A stretch of DNA of 64,000 nucleotides from Azolla caroliniana (lineage: Eukaryota > Plantae > Polypodiophyta): the NCBI GenBank assembly GCA_043228905.1, contig JBHGNT010000001.1, positions 14,632,001-14,696,000 on the forward strand, written 5' to 3'. Made by a program: the position numbers and the translations under genes. How positions within the stretch are numbered: position 1 is the stretch's first letter; every line of letters starts with the position of its first letter. Positions 1 to 13,280 of this stretch are shown piece after piece. The notes beneath the pieces are model-generated. The model saw nothing but the letters and a program-made list of their open reading frames with translations, had not been told where the DNA came from and did no database searches.

Positions 1-773
1 TACACTACGTGAAAAAGTAAAAATAATATAAATGATTTAATTACATATAAATAAATAAAATAAGAATATCAAAATATTTATCACGTGCATAGGGCAAGAT
101 TTGAACCTTGTACGTCCACATAGCCAAACCTCAACTTTACCATTATGCTACCTTATCTTTAGTGTTCTATAAATAGATTTAATAACTATAACTGCTTTAT
201 TTGCGCCTACCTTTATTAAAAGGTAAATCATGTATTTTTAGAGTGCGTGAATATTTTATAGAAAAACGCAAGCAACTAAAAAGTGACTCATGCACATCTA
301 GCGTGCATGAGCACTATATTTAGCAAATAAAAGCAAGGATTAGAAAAGCATCACATGCACATTTAGTGTGCATGAACATATTAGAAAAAAAGCATGTAGC
401 TATGCTTAGTCTCTCCCATCACTACATAAGGATGGGGAGCACAATGTAATAGGCGTGTGAAATATTTGGAAATTGGATATATTTCCGAAAACACCAACCG
501 ATTAATATAATCGTGGGATTCACGAAAATAATATAATCTATACTTGTGGGATTCACAAGTTTCTTATATATTTCTTTCAATCTAAATACATATTCTTATC
601 TAAATATTGATTAATCGAATAAAATACACTCGTGGGATTCACGAAATTTCTATCTCTCTTTCTAATAATCTATTTATTACTAGCCTCATCTCATATTCTT
701 CTTTCTCCTAGTCCAAAACCTCGGCGGTTCCCACCCGACTCACGCAAACGATCCGGAGCCGAAAGGCACGACA
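1..773 (+). mobile_element. Solo LTR, family S (copy S1; 5' end just outside window), Gypsy-type
   Basis: Ends ...GATCCGGAGCCGAAAGGCACGACA followed by GCGT; homologous to copy S3 (2148-2194 + 24798-25469); its 3' motif GTCCAnAACCnCGGCGGTTCC is shared with the G2 LTR. No coding part. Confidence 0.75.
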
Positions 774-1237
774 GCGTAATTTTATTAGTGTGCATATAAA
801 TAAAGTTTTAACGCATTCTAAAAACGCGTAATTTTATTAGTGTGCATATAAATAAAGTTTTAACGCATTCTAAAAATGCATGACTTACCTTTTAATAAAG
901 GTAGGCAAAAATAAAGGTTTTATACGTATTAAATCTATATTTGAAACACTCACAATAAGTTAGTATAATGGTAAGGTTGGAGTTTGTTTGTGTGGAGGTG
1001 CAGGGTTTGAATCCTGCCCTATGCATGGAATAGAAATTTTAATGTTTCTTTTATTTACAATTGTGTCTCTTCATCCCGTAAGAGACTCTCACCAGCCTTC
1101 TTCATCTGGCTCTTCCTTGCCGGTTTGCCATTTCTTCCTTGCCGGTCCCTCTTCGTCTGGTTCTCACCGGGTATTTCATTTTCTATCCGAATGGAAAAAA
1201 TGCAATTTCCACGTAGTGTGTGAATTACACTACGACA
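774..1237 (-). mobile_element. Family S LTR copy S2 (reverse), interrupted by S1, inserted in the 5' UTR of Copia B
   Basis: Ends ...CGTAGTGTGTGAATTACACTACGACA then ACGT; colinear with 25200-25469; has a ~52-bp tandem duplication (774-877) and an extra GC-rich segment (~1062-1171). Confidence 0.7.
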
Positions 1238-4200
1238 ACGTTTTTCACTCGCTTGTTGTAACCACCCGTTGTAGATTGGTCTCCTGGCAACAACCATATT
1301 CATGCTTCATTCGGTTGATCGACATTCGGGAGGATCAGTTGGATCCGTCCCTCTCATCGATGTAGTCACCCGAAGCAGAATCGGCCCAAACAATCAGTTT
1401 CTTGTAATCGGTATTTGGCATACAATCAGAAGCTAACCGGGTTCACTCTGACTCGGCAACATTCGGGAAGATCAGCCGGGTCTGTCCCTCAAGTTGCCGG
1501 AGTCACTCTGAGCAAGTTCAGCAACAAGTATCCGAAACCAAACTGACTCGGGTTCAAAACCGACTAGAACGATATCGGGTGAGCCGACTGGCTGCACCCC
1601 ACTAAGGTTTGTAGTCAACTACGAACCGAGTCTTCCCAACCGAAACCGAATTAGATGGCATCAACATCCAGCTCATCGTAAATGAGTCTAAGGAGGTTCG
1701 ACGGTTCGAACTTCAACTTCTGGAAGGAACAAATGCAGGACTTTCTTATAGTCAAGGGTTAGATAGACCCGATTGAGAATGAAAATCCTCCATAAGCATA
1801 CAAGGCAAACGAGTGGCTAAAGCTGGACAGAATTGTCTGCGCCACGATTCAGATGCACTTGTCGGAGTCAGTGTACTTTTCAGTGCAATCATGCACAACA
1901 ACTTTTGAACTATGGAAAACAGCGTTAGAAACTTATGAAAAGAAGGTCGCTGCAACAAAGATGTATCAATCCGGTGCCTCTACAACTTGCGGATGAAAGA
2001 ATCCAATTCGGTTCAGGCACACCTCAATGAGTACAAAAGCATAAGCTCCCAAATCTCGTCTCAGGGGACGGCAATCGAGGATGAACTCAGAGCAATGATA
2101 CTCATGAGTAGTCTCCCCTCTTCATGGGAAAATTTCGTTACAACCGTTGTCGTGCCTTTCGGCTCCGGATCGTTGCGTGAGTCGGGCGGGAACCTGTAGG
2201 GAATGAACAAAGCCGTCAGTGCGGAAGAGATCACACAGTATGAATCTATGAGGAAGAAATACCTACGTATGAGAGAGGCAAGAACAAGATACGTACAGGG
2301 AGGGAGAGAGAGAGAGGCACAAAGCATATATCTATATTCATAAAAGGGCAACAGTTACAACAATGAACAACCAACCTTTACAAAGGGTTACAAAGTCACT
2401 TTATATAGTGACTCACATAGGGCAACTGCCCTTTATGTTATTTACAGAAATATCCCGAACTTGGGCTCTCTAAGAGAATAGTGTGAATATGTCCATTATA
2501 CATTTGTATTCGACACTCCCCCGTAATGGGCGTATACATGGGTTATCTAAAAATACAGGTATAGCCATAGGTTCTCGGACAGGTCGGTTTTGTTCGAATC
2601 GGCCTAATCCGTAGACAGAAGACCGAACTGGTCGGGTCGAAAAAGCTGAAGCCCATCGTCAGTAAACCGATGTCTGTTGTCCGAAACCGTCCTGCACTAT
2701 GTCCGGCTTCAACTGGACCGATATGTTGTTACGCCCATCTGTTGCCGAAGAGACCGGAACCGGTCTGCCGAAAGACACTTGGTCATTCCATCTACGACAT
2801 TGTCGGTTGTGGATATCTTCTCTAAACCGATTTTCCTTGAAATGACCCAGTCCCGAACGAAGTGATATCGAACTTCGATATGCTTGGAGGCGTTGTGATG
2901 AACCGGATTTTTCGACAAAGCAACAACACTCTGACTGTCGCTGTAGACAACTGGAGCCGAGTCGGAGTCGACTTGCCGAAACGTGTGCGCCAGCCGACCG
3001 AGCCATAAAGCTTCTTTCGCTGCGTCGGAGGCAGCTACATATTCTGCTTCGGTCGTTGAGGTGGATGTGCACTCCTGAAGTTTCGACTTCCACGAGATTG
3101 CTCCATTGCCGAATTTAAAGCAATATCCGGTTGTTGACTTGCGACTGTCCACACAGCCGGCGAAGTCTAAGTCGGTGTAACCGGCTATGCCTGAAGTTGA
3201 GTTCGAACCGAAAAGGATGTCGTGGTCTTTTGTGCCAGCTAAATATCTGAACACATGCTTGACTGCGTTCTAGTGCGATCGGCCGGGATTGTGCATAAAT
3301 CTACTGATGACTCCTACAGCGTGAGAAATATCAGGTCGTGTCGGGACCATCGCGTACATCAGAGAGCCTACTGCCGGTGCATACGGTACCGACGTCATGT
3401 CTTCCCCCTCCGGACAGGATGTCGGGCAGTCTCGCTGAGAAAGCCGAAGATGAACGAGGAGCGGGGTCGAAGCAAACTTGGCTGATTGCATGTTGAAGCG
3501 TTCCAAGACACGTCCGATGTAGTCGGTTTGAGACAAAAAAAGTTGTCTTTTGGCGTGATTCCGACTAATCTTCATTCCGAGTATGTGTCTTGCCGAACCG
3601 AGGTCCTTCATGGAAAACTTCAATCGCAGTTTCCGAACGAGTTCGGTGAGCTCTCCGGTATGCCGACCGGAGAGTAGCATGTCGTCCATGTAGATGATGA
3701 GGAAGACGGGAGAACCGTCTTGAGCTATTTTGGTGAAGAGGCAGTGGTCCTAATTGCTCTTGGAGAAGCCAACCGACTAGATGAAATCGTCGAACTTCTT
3801 GTACCACTGTCGGGGTGCCTGTTTTAGGCCATAAAGACTCTTCCTGAGTCGGCATGAAACGAAGGGTTGTCATTTTCACCACTGGTGAAAATATTTCGTC
3901 GAAGTCAACGCCATATTCCTGTCGAAATCCCTTCGCAACTAATATGGCCTTGTACTTTGGGGTGGTCGAGTCAGACATCTCCTTTAGTCTATAGACCCAC
4001 TTGCAAGGAAGAGCACGTCGATTCTTCTATAAGTCGACCAGATCCCAAGTCTTGTTGGCGCGGATGGAGTGCATTTCTGTTGAGAGACAAGCTCAACATC
4101 GGCCGGATCGGCTGAAGAAGTCGAGGACTGGATCGGTTGGGACTGATCGGTTAGGCCGAGTGCGTAAACCGGGAGGTCGTTAGGAAAGATATTTCGTGAG

Positions 4201-5849
4201 GAATATATTTGGGAGTTAGTGTAGGAGCTCTTGATGAGCATTGAAGTACTGTCAGTACTTCGGTCAGTCCTTTTAGGACTTGTATAAAAGTGCTCACTGA
4301 GCACGTCTTATGTACAGACAGAGTATTATTGTTGAATATAGTTTTTGTGTCTTCTCTCTCACTCTCTCTGTCTCTCCCGTGTATACCGCTTAAGCTCAAG
4401 CTCTCCATTGAACCTGTTTTTCCTTCCTTCTGTTTGGTCTTCATACTTGCTTCCGCACGCTACTTTTTACATGGTATCAGAGCGCGAGGGTTGAGAACCT
4501 CTCTGCAACCGACACAGCTTGACGAAGAAGAACAAGAAGAACGATGGACAGAGGCATGGCGAGCTCGCTTCCAACAGAGAAGCTCGACAGAACCAACTAC
4601 GTGGCTTGGTCCTACAAGATGCACCAGTACCTGCTCGGGCACGGCTACTGGAGTTATGTCGAAGGAGCTAATGACGTAGCACACGAATCGACACACAAAG
4701 ACTTCCCGTCGTGGGAGCAATCGGCGAGCAGGGTATTATACTGCTTCGCGTCGTGTGTGGGCGAACAGCTATTGAGCTATGTTCGAGATGCAAAGACGCC
4801 GAAGGGTGCGTGGGAAAATCTGAAGAAGATTTTCGCCGCGAGCACCACAGCCAGGAAGCTTCAGCTCTGACAGGAGTTGAGCAACCTACGACAACGCGAC
4901 TTGTCGGTGGCGGACTATACCTCGAAGATCAAGGATATCTGCGACTCCCTCGCCTCCATAGAGGTGAACATCGAGGAGAGCGAGATTGTCTAGATCTGTC
5001 TCGGAGGTTTGGCGTCGAAGTTCGGAGCGTTCTAAATGGCTGTGTGTACCCGGGAGAATACGTCGTCCTTTTTCGACTTACAGTTGATGCTCCTGGTAGA
5101 GGAGAACCACGCGGGTGTGTGTACAAGCACGCACACCGACAGCAGAATGTTGTACATGGAGGGAGATAGGCCCCGTGGACGTGGAGGACGAGGCGAGTCG
5201 GCACGCAATGGAGGCGGCCGATGAGATCAAGAAAGAAGGCACCGAAGTGATGCCGACAACAACTCTGGACCCTCCGGAAACAGGGGGAGTCGAAGCGATG
5301 AGAACCGGCAAGGGAAGTCCATCGTGGAGTGTTGGTACTGTGGCAAGAAAGGCCACAGGGAAAGTGAGTGCTGGAAGAAGCACGCCGATTCGGAGAGAAC
5401 TGGTTCCGGGAACGGCTCTAGACATTCCGACAAGGGAAATCGGTAGTGATCACACTACGTCGAAGACTCCGGGAGAGCAGGAGAAGGGTCTGTCTTCGTG
5501 ACGAGACACGAAGCAAACTCAATGAAACAGAACACCCTAAGATCGGACGAGGTGTGGTACGTAGACTCCGGCGCGTCAAACCACATGACGAGCCATAAGG
5601 AGTGGTTCTCGTACCTTGAAAAACCGATACAACCTGGAGTAGTCGCAACTGGAGACGACACTCCGCATCCGATCGCAAATGTCGGAGAAGTTCCCCTTAG
5701 CCATGTCGGGCAGAAAGGGAAACTCATGAACGTGTTGCACGTTCCGACAATCACGAAGAACTTGGTCTCGGTCGGACAGATCGTCGACCAAGGGATGGAG
5801 GTTCGGTTTACACACCTCGGGTGCTTCATTGAGGAAGAAGGCCGTTGTC

Positions 5850-6806
5850 GGGGTAGTTGTGGTTTGTGCGGCGAAGTCGCAGGGACTAAGGTTAAGGGGA
5901 GTTGAAGGAACCTTTATAAGGCTTGCGCGCAAATGTTAGGAAGATAAAGGATATGAAGAATAATAGTTTAAAGTAATATGTGTGTGAGAGAGACTAGTAT
6001 AGATAAAAGATAAAGACAATGTATGATTCAAGACGCAAGATAGAGACAAAGTATGATTTAAGACAAAAAAGAATATGATATGTATTACGAACACAAGATT
6101 TTACCAACTTTACAATGTTTGGTAGCAAGATGAACCCTTTCTCTACCGACCCTTGATTCGAACTATTGACTCCAACTTCGAAACACGAGCCTCTTCACCA
6201 ACAAGCTAAATATTTATCTCATATCTATTTTCATACATAGCCATCATTCATCACATGCAATGCATGTGCACCAAATGGCAATCATGCATTACATGTAACT
6301 CATGCATTGCATGCATGCCATGCTCCCATACATTACCATATGCATGGCAACACTTATATAAAGAGGGGAAAGGGAAAACAAGGAGGGGAATCAAGAGAAA
6401 GTTAGAGAAATAAGATAATCAAAAAAAACAAACAAGTTAGCTTGTTGGTGAAGAGGCTCGTGTTTCCAAGTTGGAGTCAAGAGTTCGAATCAAGGGTCGG
6501 TAGAGAAAGGGTTCATCTTGCTACTAAACATTGTAAAGTTGGTAAAATCTTGTGTTCGTAATACACATCATGTTCATATCATATCCTTTTTTGTCTTAAA
6601 TCATACTTTGTCTCTATCTTGCGTCTTGAATCATACATTGCCTTTATCTTTTATCTATACTAGTCTCTCTCTCACACATATTACTTTAAACTATTATTCT
6701 TCATATCCTTTATCTTCCTAACATTTGCGCGCAAGCCTTATAAAGGTTCCTTCAACTCCCCTTAACCTTAGTCCCTGCGACTTCGCCGCACAAACCACAA
6801 ACTACC
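5850..6806. repeat. Long inverted repeat made of two opposed LTR copies (arms ~5850-6209 and ~6437-6806)
   Basis: 6437-6806 is a near-perfect reverse complement of 5850-6209; the spacer 6210-6436 is the reverse complement of LTR segment ~11241-11469. Confidence 0.92.
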
Positions 6807-7520
6807 GCAGGGGTTTGTAGGTATTTCCCTATTTCCTTGAATTCTTCTTCATACTCCTCTTCTAGAAACTGCATTCCTCCTTCCCGAGTAATGCTTGTGG
6901 TAAGGACTGTTTGTTCTTTGTCCTCATCGTCCGAGTCTGGAATCTCCTCTTCCTCATACCTTGCTCTTGATAACATATCTGCTACTGCATTTCTATTCCC
7001 AGAGATATGTCGAACTTCAGGGTTGATTGATCTAATATAGATACACCATCTTAACATGGCTTGATCTGGAATATCACAATTAGCTATGATACCCAGAATA
7101 GGCAAACAATCTGTTTCTATTATTACTTCAGCACCAATTAAGTAATCTTTGTCTGTCTTTACAGCTGTTACTATCCCCCATAGCTCTCTTTTCACCTGTG
7201 CATATTTTCTTTGTCGACCACTAAGAACCTTTGCCCCGAATCGGACTGGATACCTTTCTTCCCTATCTTGTTGGCTTATCACCCATCCAATTCCAATGGG
7301 ACTAGAGTCTACTGTGAGATATATGGGCCGGGTGTAGTCTGGTTGCTTTAATGGTGGAGCTTGTGCCAAGTCGTACTTCAATTTCTTCATTGCCTCTGAA
7401 TGCTCTTCACTCCATTCAAATGCCTCTCCTTTTCTTAGGAGTCTATATAAAGGTTCAGATAAATGGGCATAATGCGGCATCCATTTACAGTAAAAAACAC
7501 ATACCCCCAGAAACCTTCGT

Positions 7521-7546
7521 ACCCTAAACCCTAAACCCTAAACCCT
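7521..7546 (-). repeat. Interstitial telomeric repeat, about 3.5 units of TTTAGGG
   Basis: ACCCTAAACCCTAAACCCTAAACCCT inside G1 pol. Confidence 0.9.
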
Positions 7547-10500
7547 TGGTTGGGGATGGCTTTCTCCCATACGGGCCACACATATGACCAACTATTAATA
7601 TCTCTTTTACCCAAATATTGACTTCGCCCCTGATAAGGTCAAATGCACTTCTTCCATCCTTGATAGCACCTTCTCACAATCCTTGATATGATCAGCAACG
7701 AATTGACGGCAACCACTTTCGTCCAATTCCTCGTTCTTCTCTTCCTCCTTGCATCCCTTAATTGGAACATCATCTAGAAAAGGCATTGTAATATGAGGAA
7801 TAAAATCACGAAGTACCTTGTTCATTCCATTCATCATATGCGCCACTGAGTTGGTCGCTCCTTGCGGCAAGGTGCACATCCGTACTAACCCTATAGGTGT
7901 CTTGATAGAAGTTATATCTCGACTTTTGATAGCAAGTTGAAATTGATCATACCCGGAATAAAGGTCTCCCATTGAATATATAGCTCTTCCTGCAAATATC
8001 TCAGCAAACTCATCCACAATTGGCCCTACTCCCGAGTTTCGGATTATTACCTTATTCACGAGTTGCATATCCTGGATAAATCGGAGTCACCCATCTTTCT
8101 TTAACACAGTTAACCATCGACTCGAGTAAGGAGCGTTCGATGGTTCCAAGATACCCATCCTTATCTTTTCTTTCAAAAGTTCTAATAGTTGAGGGATTCT
8201 AGCCCTAGGCATGGGTATTGGCTTAAAGTTCCATGGAATATGAGGGATAGTGAATATAACCATGGGCTCCACAATTTCTGGATCCACACACCCTATTTCC
8301 TCCGGTTGGAATGTGAACGCCTTTCCATGCCTTTTTAACATCTCCCTGAACTGCTTTTCTTCAGCGGGTAATAAGAAGTCACCCCCTCCTATTTTCATCC
8401 CTTGTATTGTTTCCGGAGTAAACACATGTCCTACCTTTCGTGGGTCTCTGATCATTGGCTCCGTGGCTGCTTCTTTGATTGCCTTTTCACTATCCCCTGG
8501 AAGTGGAGCAGCAATAGGACGAACCTTCTTCTCCACTGTCTTGTACTTTGTTAGTACATGTGCTTCATGATCCTTTCGAGCAACTTCTTCAATGACCTCG
8601 TACATCTTGATTGAATGGACAGGAACTTGGATTTCGTTGTCTTCTTCCATTGCTTCCAAATGAGTTATTGTATCTTCAAAACTTAATTCTTCAAACATAT
8701 CCTGAATTTCTTCATCATCCTCTATTAATCCAGAACACTTAAAGTACTCGAAAGCATCTTGTATTTTATTATTATTTACTTTTAGTATAAAAGTAGCACC
8801 ATTAGATGAGATTGTAAAAGGAATATCTTTATTTACATTATTATTTATGGGGTTTTCTTTTATGTTCGGGCTATCACAGCCCCTACCTGTAAAAGCCCAA
8901 TCTAAAAATCCTGGGAAAACTCTTCATCCATCTCTTGAATTGGATGTTCCCTCAAGCATTCTTTGTTTCTTTCATGGTTGGGCCTCACGGTTAAGAATTT
9001 GACAGTCTTTCTTCCATCTTGACTCTTGATTCTCGCGAAAGCCGAACCATCATCAATAACCTTTGTTTCCATCCTCACCGCGGTGATGTAGGGCTGACCA
9101 AGGATGACGGGGTAGGTCGATCGATCCTGCACAAAGAAATTTTGATTCACCGAGACATCACCAATTGTTACCTTCACACTAGGACATGCTCCGAATAGAT
9201 CCTCCGTAGTTTCTGTGGCAGCTCTTATTTTCCACCCATGATTCTTGTCGATCGGCCACTGTCCTCGACCGTAAAATTCCGATGACATCATGTTAATCTC
9301 GGATCCATGATCGATCAAAGCAATACATGGAATTTGTTGCTCCCCAATTTTTGCAGGTGCCTCCGTTGTTGCTCGAGCCCAATGATCCCTTGTATAGTGA
9401 CTCCTATCCCCTTCATGGACGCCAACATCATTCTGGTTTTTTACACTTGCAGCATTGATGGTGCCAGCATACAAATCTTGGAGTGTTGTTGCACACCCTC
9501 CCGTAATTTCCTCCGTCACCTGTCTCTTCCTTCTAATAATATCTATGATAACTTCATGAAATTCTTTCTTTGCTATACCCAACACTTCTCTTAAAGTAAA
9601 TTCTACTTTACTATTTAGTATTCTTGTTTCTAGTACCTTTTTTATATCCGTCGTTTTTTCTATGTCTAAAGCAAGCTTGAAAGATGGGCCTGTCTTTCCT
9701 TTTACTTTATCAGCTTCCTTCAGCTCAGTAGCACCCTTTTCCCTCTCACTTCTCTTCTATTCTCGTGTCTCATGTCTCTTTGTCGGATCAACTTCCTCAG
9801 CTCTCTTCCACTTCTCTTCCACTAGCACATCTTGTGCATTCACTTGGGCGAATGCTGATAGCGCGTCTACTGGATCATTTCATCCAGTGAAGTTGCGTAT
9901 TTCATCTCCCGCTCTTTTTAATTCATCCACTCAAACCTTCCCTTTTCTTAAATAATCCATCACATCTTGCCAAAAGTCAGATCCACCATATGAGTCTTCT
10001 ACGCGCAACCCTAAGGTTGCCACGGATTGTATCACTTGAGTCGTTTCTCTCTCGGCATCTTCCATTAGCTTTTTCATTCCTCCTCGCCCGAAGTTGAGTT
10101 GAAGTGGTTGTCGAGTCTCTGTCGAGTGAATCTTGCCCTCTTGATAGTAGATTTTATTATGATTAAGAGAATCCCTATGTTCTTGACAATCTTTCTTTTG
10201 GTGGTCGACACTATCACACCACATACACCTTCGGACCATTCTACCTCCCTACCTTGATGAAGTTGAGCTTTGTCCTGATTCTAGCTTTGTCACTTTGATC
10301 GACAAGTCTTTCATGCCTTTCACCAATTCATGTAAGAGTGATTCTTTTACTTTCTTTTCTCCCAACTCGTTCCCCGTTTCTTCATCATTTATGTCGGGCA
10401 ACTCCATAAACCATAACTTTCTTTTGCAGAAATGGGCACACGCCCTTTTCACCTCCTCCCAATCTTCGGTAAGTCCACTTGAACTATTCTGATCTTCTAA

Positions 10501-11029
10501 AAGCATTCCCAAGTTCTTCTTGTCTTTAATATTAGTAGCTTGTAGGAACAATATGACTTTATCTGGCACTATTATATTTCTATCTCTAACATTTAGTTGC
10601 TCAAATCTTTCAGAAAACTCTTTTAATACTTCCAAAACACTTAAATGTTTATTAGACTCTACCCAATCCATGAAAGTTCGCCTTGTCATCCTTGACATAT
10701 CGTTAAGGTTGTATTCATTTAGCAATGCTCTTTCGAAAGTCGCCCATGTTTGATGTTCCCTCTGTAGCTCCTGGATCCTTGTAACCCAATCGCAACGACT
10801 CGACTAAAGCTATTAATTTTTGCAGCTTCGTCGACACCGCGTTTAAGCATTTCTTCATTATAAATCTTCAGAAATCTTGTTAAATTTATACCTTCGAAGA
10901 TTCCTACTCGTGCGAGAATATTGTCGACGGCTTTGTCGATACTTGCCATCATCCCTTGTTCCCGCATCACTCGTTCCATCATCGTACACATAAGCCTCAT
11001 TTGCTCCTCCATTTCTCCTCGTCGCCGCC

Positions 11030-11047
11030 TTCACGTCGGGTTCACCA
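11030..11047 (-). promoter_or_regulatory. Primer binding site complementary to the tRNA-Trp 3' end (G1); identical site in G2 at 29326-29343 (+)
   Basis: TGGTGAACCCGACGTGAA just inside the 5' LTR of both elements; matches the plant tRNA-Trp end ...TTCACGTCGGGTTCACCA as recalled. Confidence 0.85.
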
Positions 11048-11501
11048 AATGTGTCGGGGTAGTTGTGGTTCGTGCGGCGAAGTCGCAGGGACTAAGGTTA
11101 AGGGGAGTTGAAGGAACTTTTATAAGGCTTGCGCGCAAATGTTAGGAAGATAAAGGATATGAAGAATAATAGTTTACCGACCCTTGATTCGAACTCTTGA
11201 CTCCAACTTGGAAACACGAGCCTCTTCACCAACAAGCTAACTTCTTTGTTTTCTTTTTTATTATCTTATTTCTCTAACTTTCTCTTGATTCGCCTCCTTG
11301 TTTTCCCTTTCCCCTCTTTATATAATTGTTGCCATGCATATGGTAATGTATGGGAGCATGGCATGCATGCAATGCATGAGTTACATGTAATGCATGATCG
11401 CCATTTGGCGCACATGCATTGCATGTGATGAATGATGGCTATGTATGAAAATAGATATGAGATAAATATAATGATGAAAATGTATTCTAAAATAACTAAC
11501 C

Positions 11502-11697
11502 TAGCTTAGTGGTGTATGCTTGGTGCTTGGTATACAAGGTTGAGGGTTCAAGTCCCTCAATTTTACTTCATACAATATATAGCTTCATTCTTATATCATG
11601 AAGCACATTTATTACACACTTCTACAAATAAATAGCCTAGCCTAGTGGTATGTACATTGTACATCGTATATAAGGATGTGGGTTCAAGTCTCTCAAA
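11502..11697 (+). promoter_or_regulatory. Two tandem tRNA-like A/B-box cassettes in the G1 5' LTR
   Basis: TAGCTTAGTGG (11502)...GAGGGTTCAAGTCCCTC with a perfect T-arm; TAGCCTAGTGG (11638)...GGTTCAAGTC (11681). Confidence 0.7.
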
Positions 11698-13193
11698 TAT
11701 TATTAAATACAACATTTAAACTCATTTTTATATCGTGAAGCACATTCTTCACGACACCGTGTGATTGCGCAAGGGCGCAGAGACGGGAGGATGTTCATCC
11801 TCGACTCCACTGACGGCGGCACTGCAATGTTCGCAAAGGGACAAAAGACCGAGTCGGACATCGACTTGTGGCACAAGCGGATAGGCCACGTCAACCACCA
11901 GCGGCTTCAAGATCTGCAATCGAAACAGGTAGTGTTCGGATTGCCCAAGTTTAGTGGCCGAAAGGCACAAATTTGTGAAGCCTACCAGCTCGGGAAGCAA
12001 CACCGACTTCCTTTCCCCAACGAGCGAAACCGGAGCTGGAACAAGCTTGACCTTATACACTCCGATGTATGGGGGCCGGCACAAAACGTTAGTCTTGGCG
12101 GGAGCCGATATTTCATCTCCTTCATCGACGACCACACGCGGCACACGTGGATCTACCTCATTGAGAGGAAGAGCGAAGTCTTCGACTATTTCCGGGACCT
12201 CAAAGAGTTCATGGAAGCCGAAACGAGACGAAAGATCAAGTGCCTGCGGTCGGATGGCGGGAAAGAGTACTTTTCCGGTCAATTCAACGGTTACCTACAA
12301 CAAATGGGAATTCGCCGCGAATTCAGTTGTAGATACACGCCAGAGCAGAACGGCGTGGCCGAGAGAAAGAATCGGTCAGTTGTGGAAGCAGCATGGGCAA
12401 TGCTGGAGGAGAAGAGCTTGCCCAAGTTCTATTGGGCCGAGGCGGTAAGGACCGCGATATACATCTAGAACCGGATCGGAGACAAAGTGTTGGCGCACGA
12501 GCTATATTTCGGAACGAAGCCGAACTTGCGACACTTGAGGGTGTTCGGTAGCATTGCGTATGTGCATGTACCGAAGGAGGAGGAAGCTGGACGCAAAGGC
12601 CGAGAAATGCATCTTGGTCGGTTACTCGGACGAGCAGAAGGGTTATAAGTGCTATAACCCTCGCACCAAACAAGCGCGTGTCAGCCGCGACGTTGTGTTT
12701 GACGAGTCCGCGTCCTAGTACCGGCCCCCGACTACGAACCTCGACTCCAATCCGAGCTCTGACGATGAGGTCAGCGAGGCCGAGATGCCTCCGGATGAGC
12801 CCGAAATCGAGACTCGCGAAGAGAGTCCGATTTCACTCCAGTTAAGTGAACCGATGGGACGACTGAGTCGATACGACCAGTCCGATGAAGAGTCGGCGAG
12901 TAGTGGAGACTCGGTCGTGCATTCCCCACGCAGGAAGCCGAGGAGACGGCTTACGCGCAAAGAGAAAGGGAAGAAGAAGGTGTCGGATTCTGGCACGGAA
13001 AGGAACGAGTCAGACCGACGCGAGTCCGACTCCGAGGGAACCGGTGACAGGTCTTTAAAGATGAAGACCGCGTCAACCGAGAAGGCCTCGACATCGGTTA
13101 TTGTGAGATTACGCCGATCTACCCGCCAAAAGAACCCAGTTGTGCAGTTCGGATACAACGAGTACATGGCGCATCATTATGCGTACATGACGC

Positions 13194-13265
13194 TGTCGTA
13201 GTGTAGGTTGCACACTATGTGGAAATTATATTTTTGTCAACGATCCGGAGCCGAAAGGCACGACA
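13194..13265 (+). mobile_element. 72-bp mini-LTR of family S
   Basis: TGTCGT...ACGACA termini; TSD ACGC 13190-13193 / 13266-13269; removing it restores the Copia D frame YMTRVAEVRE. Confidence 0.9.
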
Positions 13266-13280
13266 ACGCGTGTAGCGGAA

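Larger units (their letters stand above)
5846..11756 (-). mobile_element. Gypsy G1 (non-chromovirus, Phygy-like), integrase deleted, rearranged 3' LTR
   Basis: TSD CCGT (5842-5845 / 11757-11760); 5' LTR 11052-11756; tRNA-Trp PBS 11030-11047; gag 9931-11012 (CMWCDSVDHQKKDC); PR LIDHGSEIN 8902-9585; RT (PFLDD) 7607-8698; RNase H 6810-7480. Confidence 0.92.

Noticed and set aside
709-773. Hammerhead ribozyme at the family S end (GCC-GAAA-GGC)
   Set aside because: No CUGANGA core in a suitable position; it is only a short GNRA hairpin.
5846-6806. DIRS-type inverted terminal repeats
   Set aside because: No tyrosine recombinase; a 4-bp TSD, TG..CA ends and a PBS indicate a rearranged Gypsy LTR.
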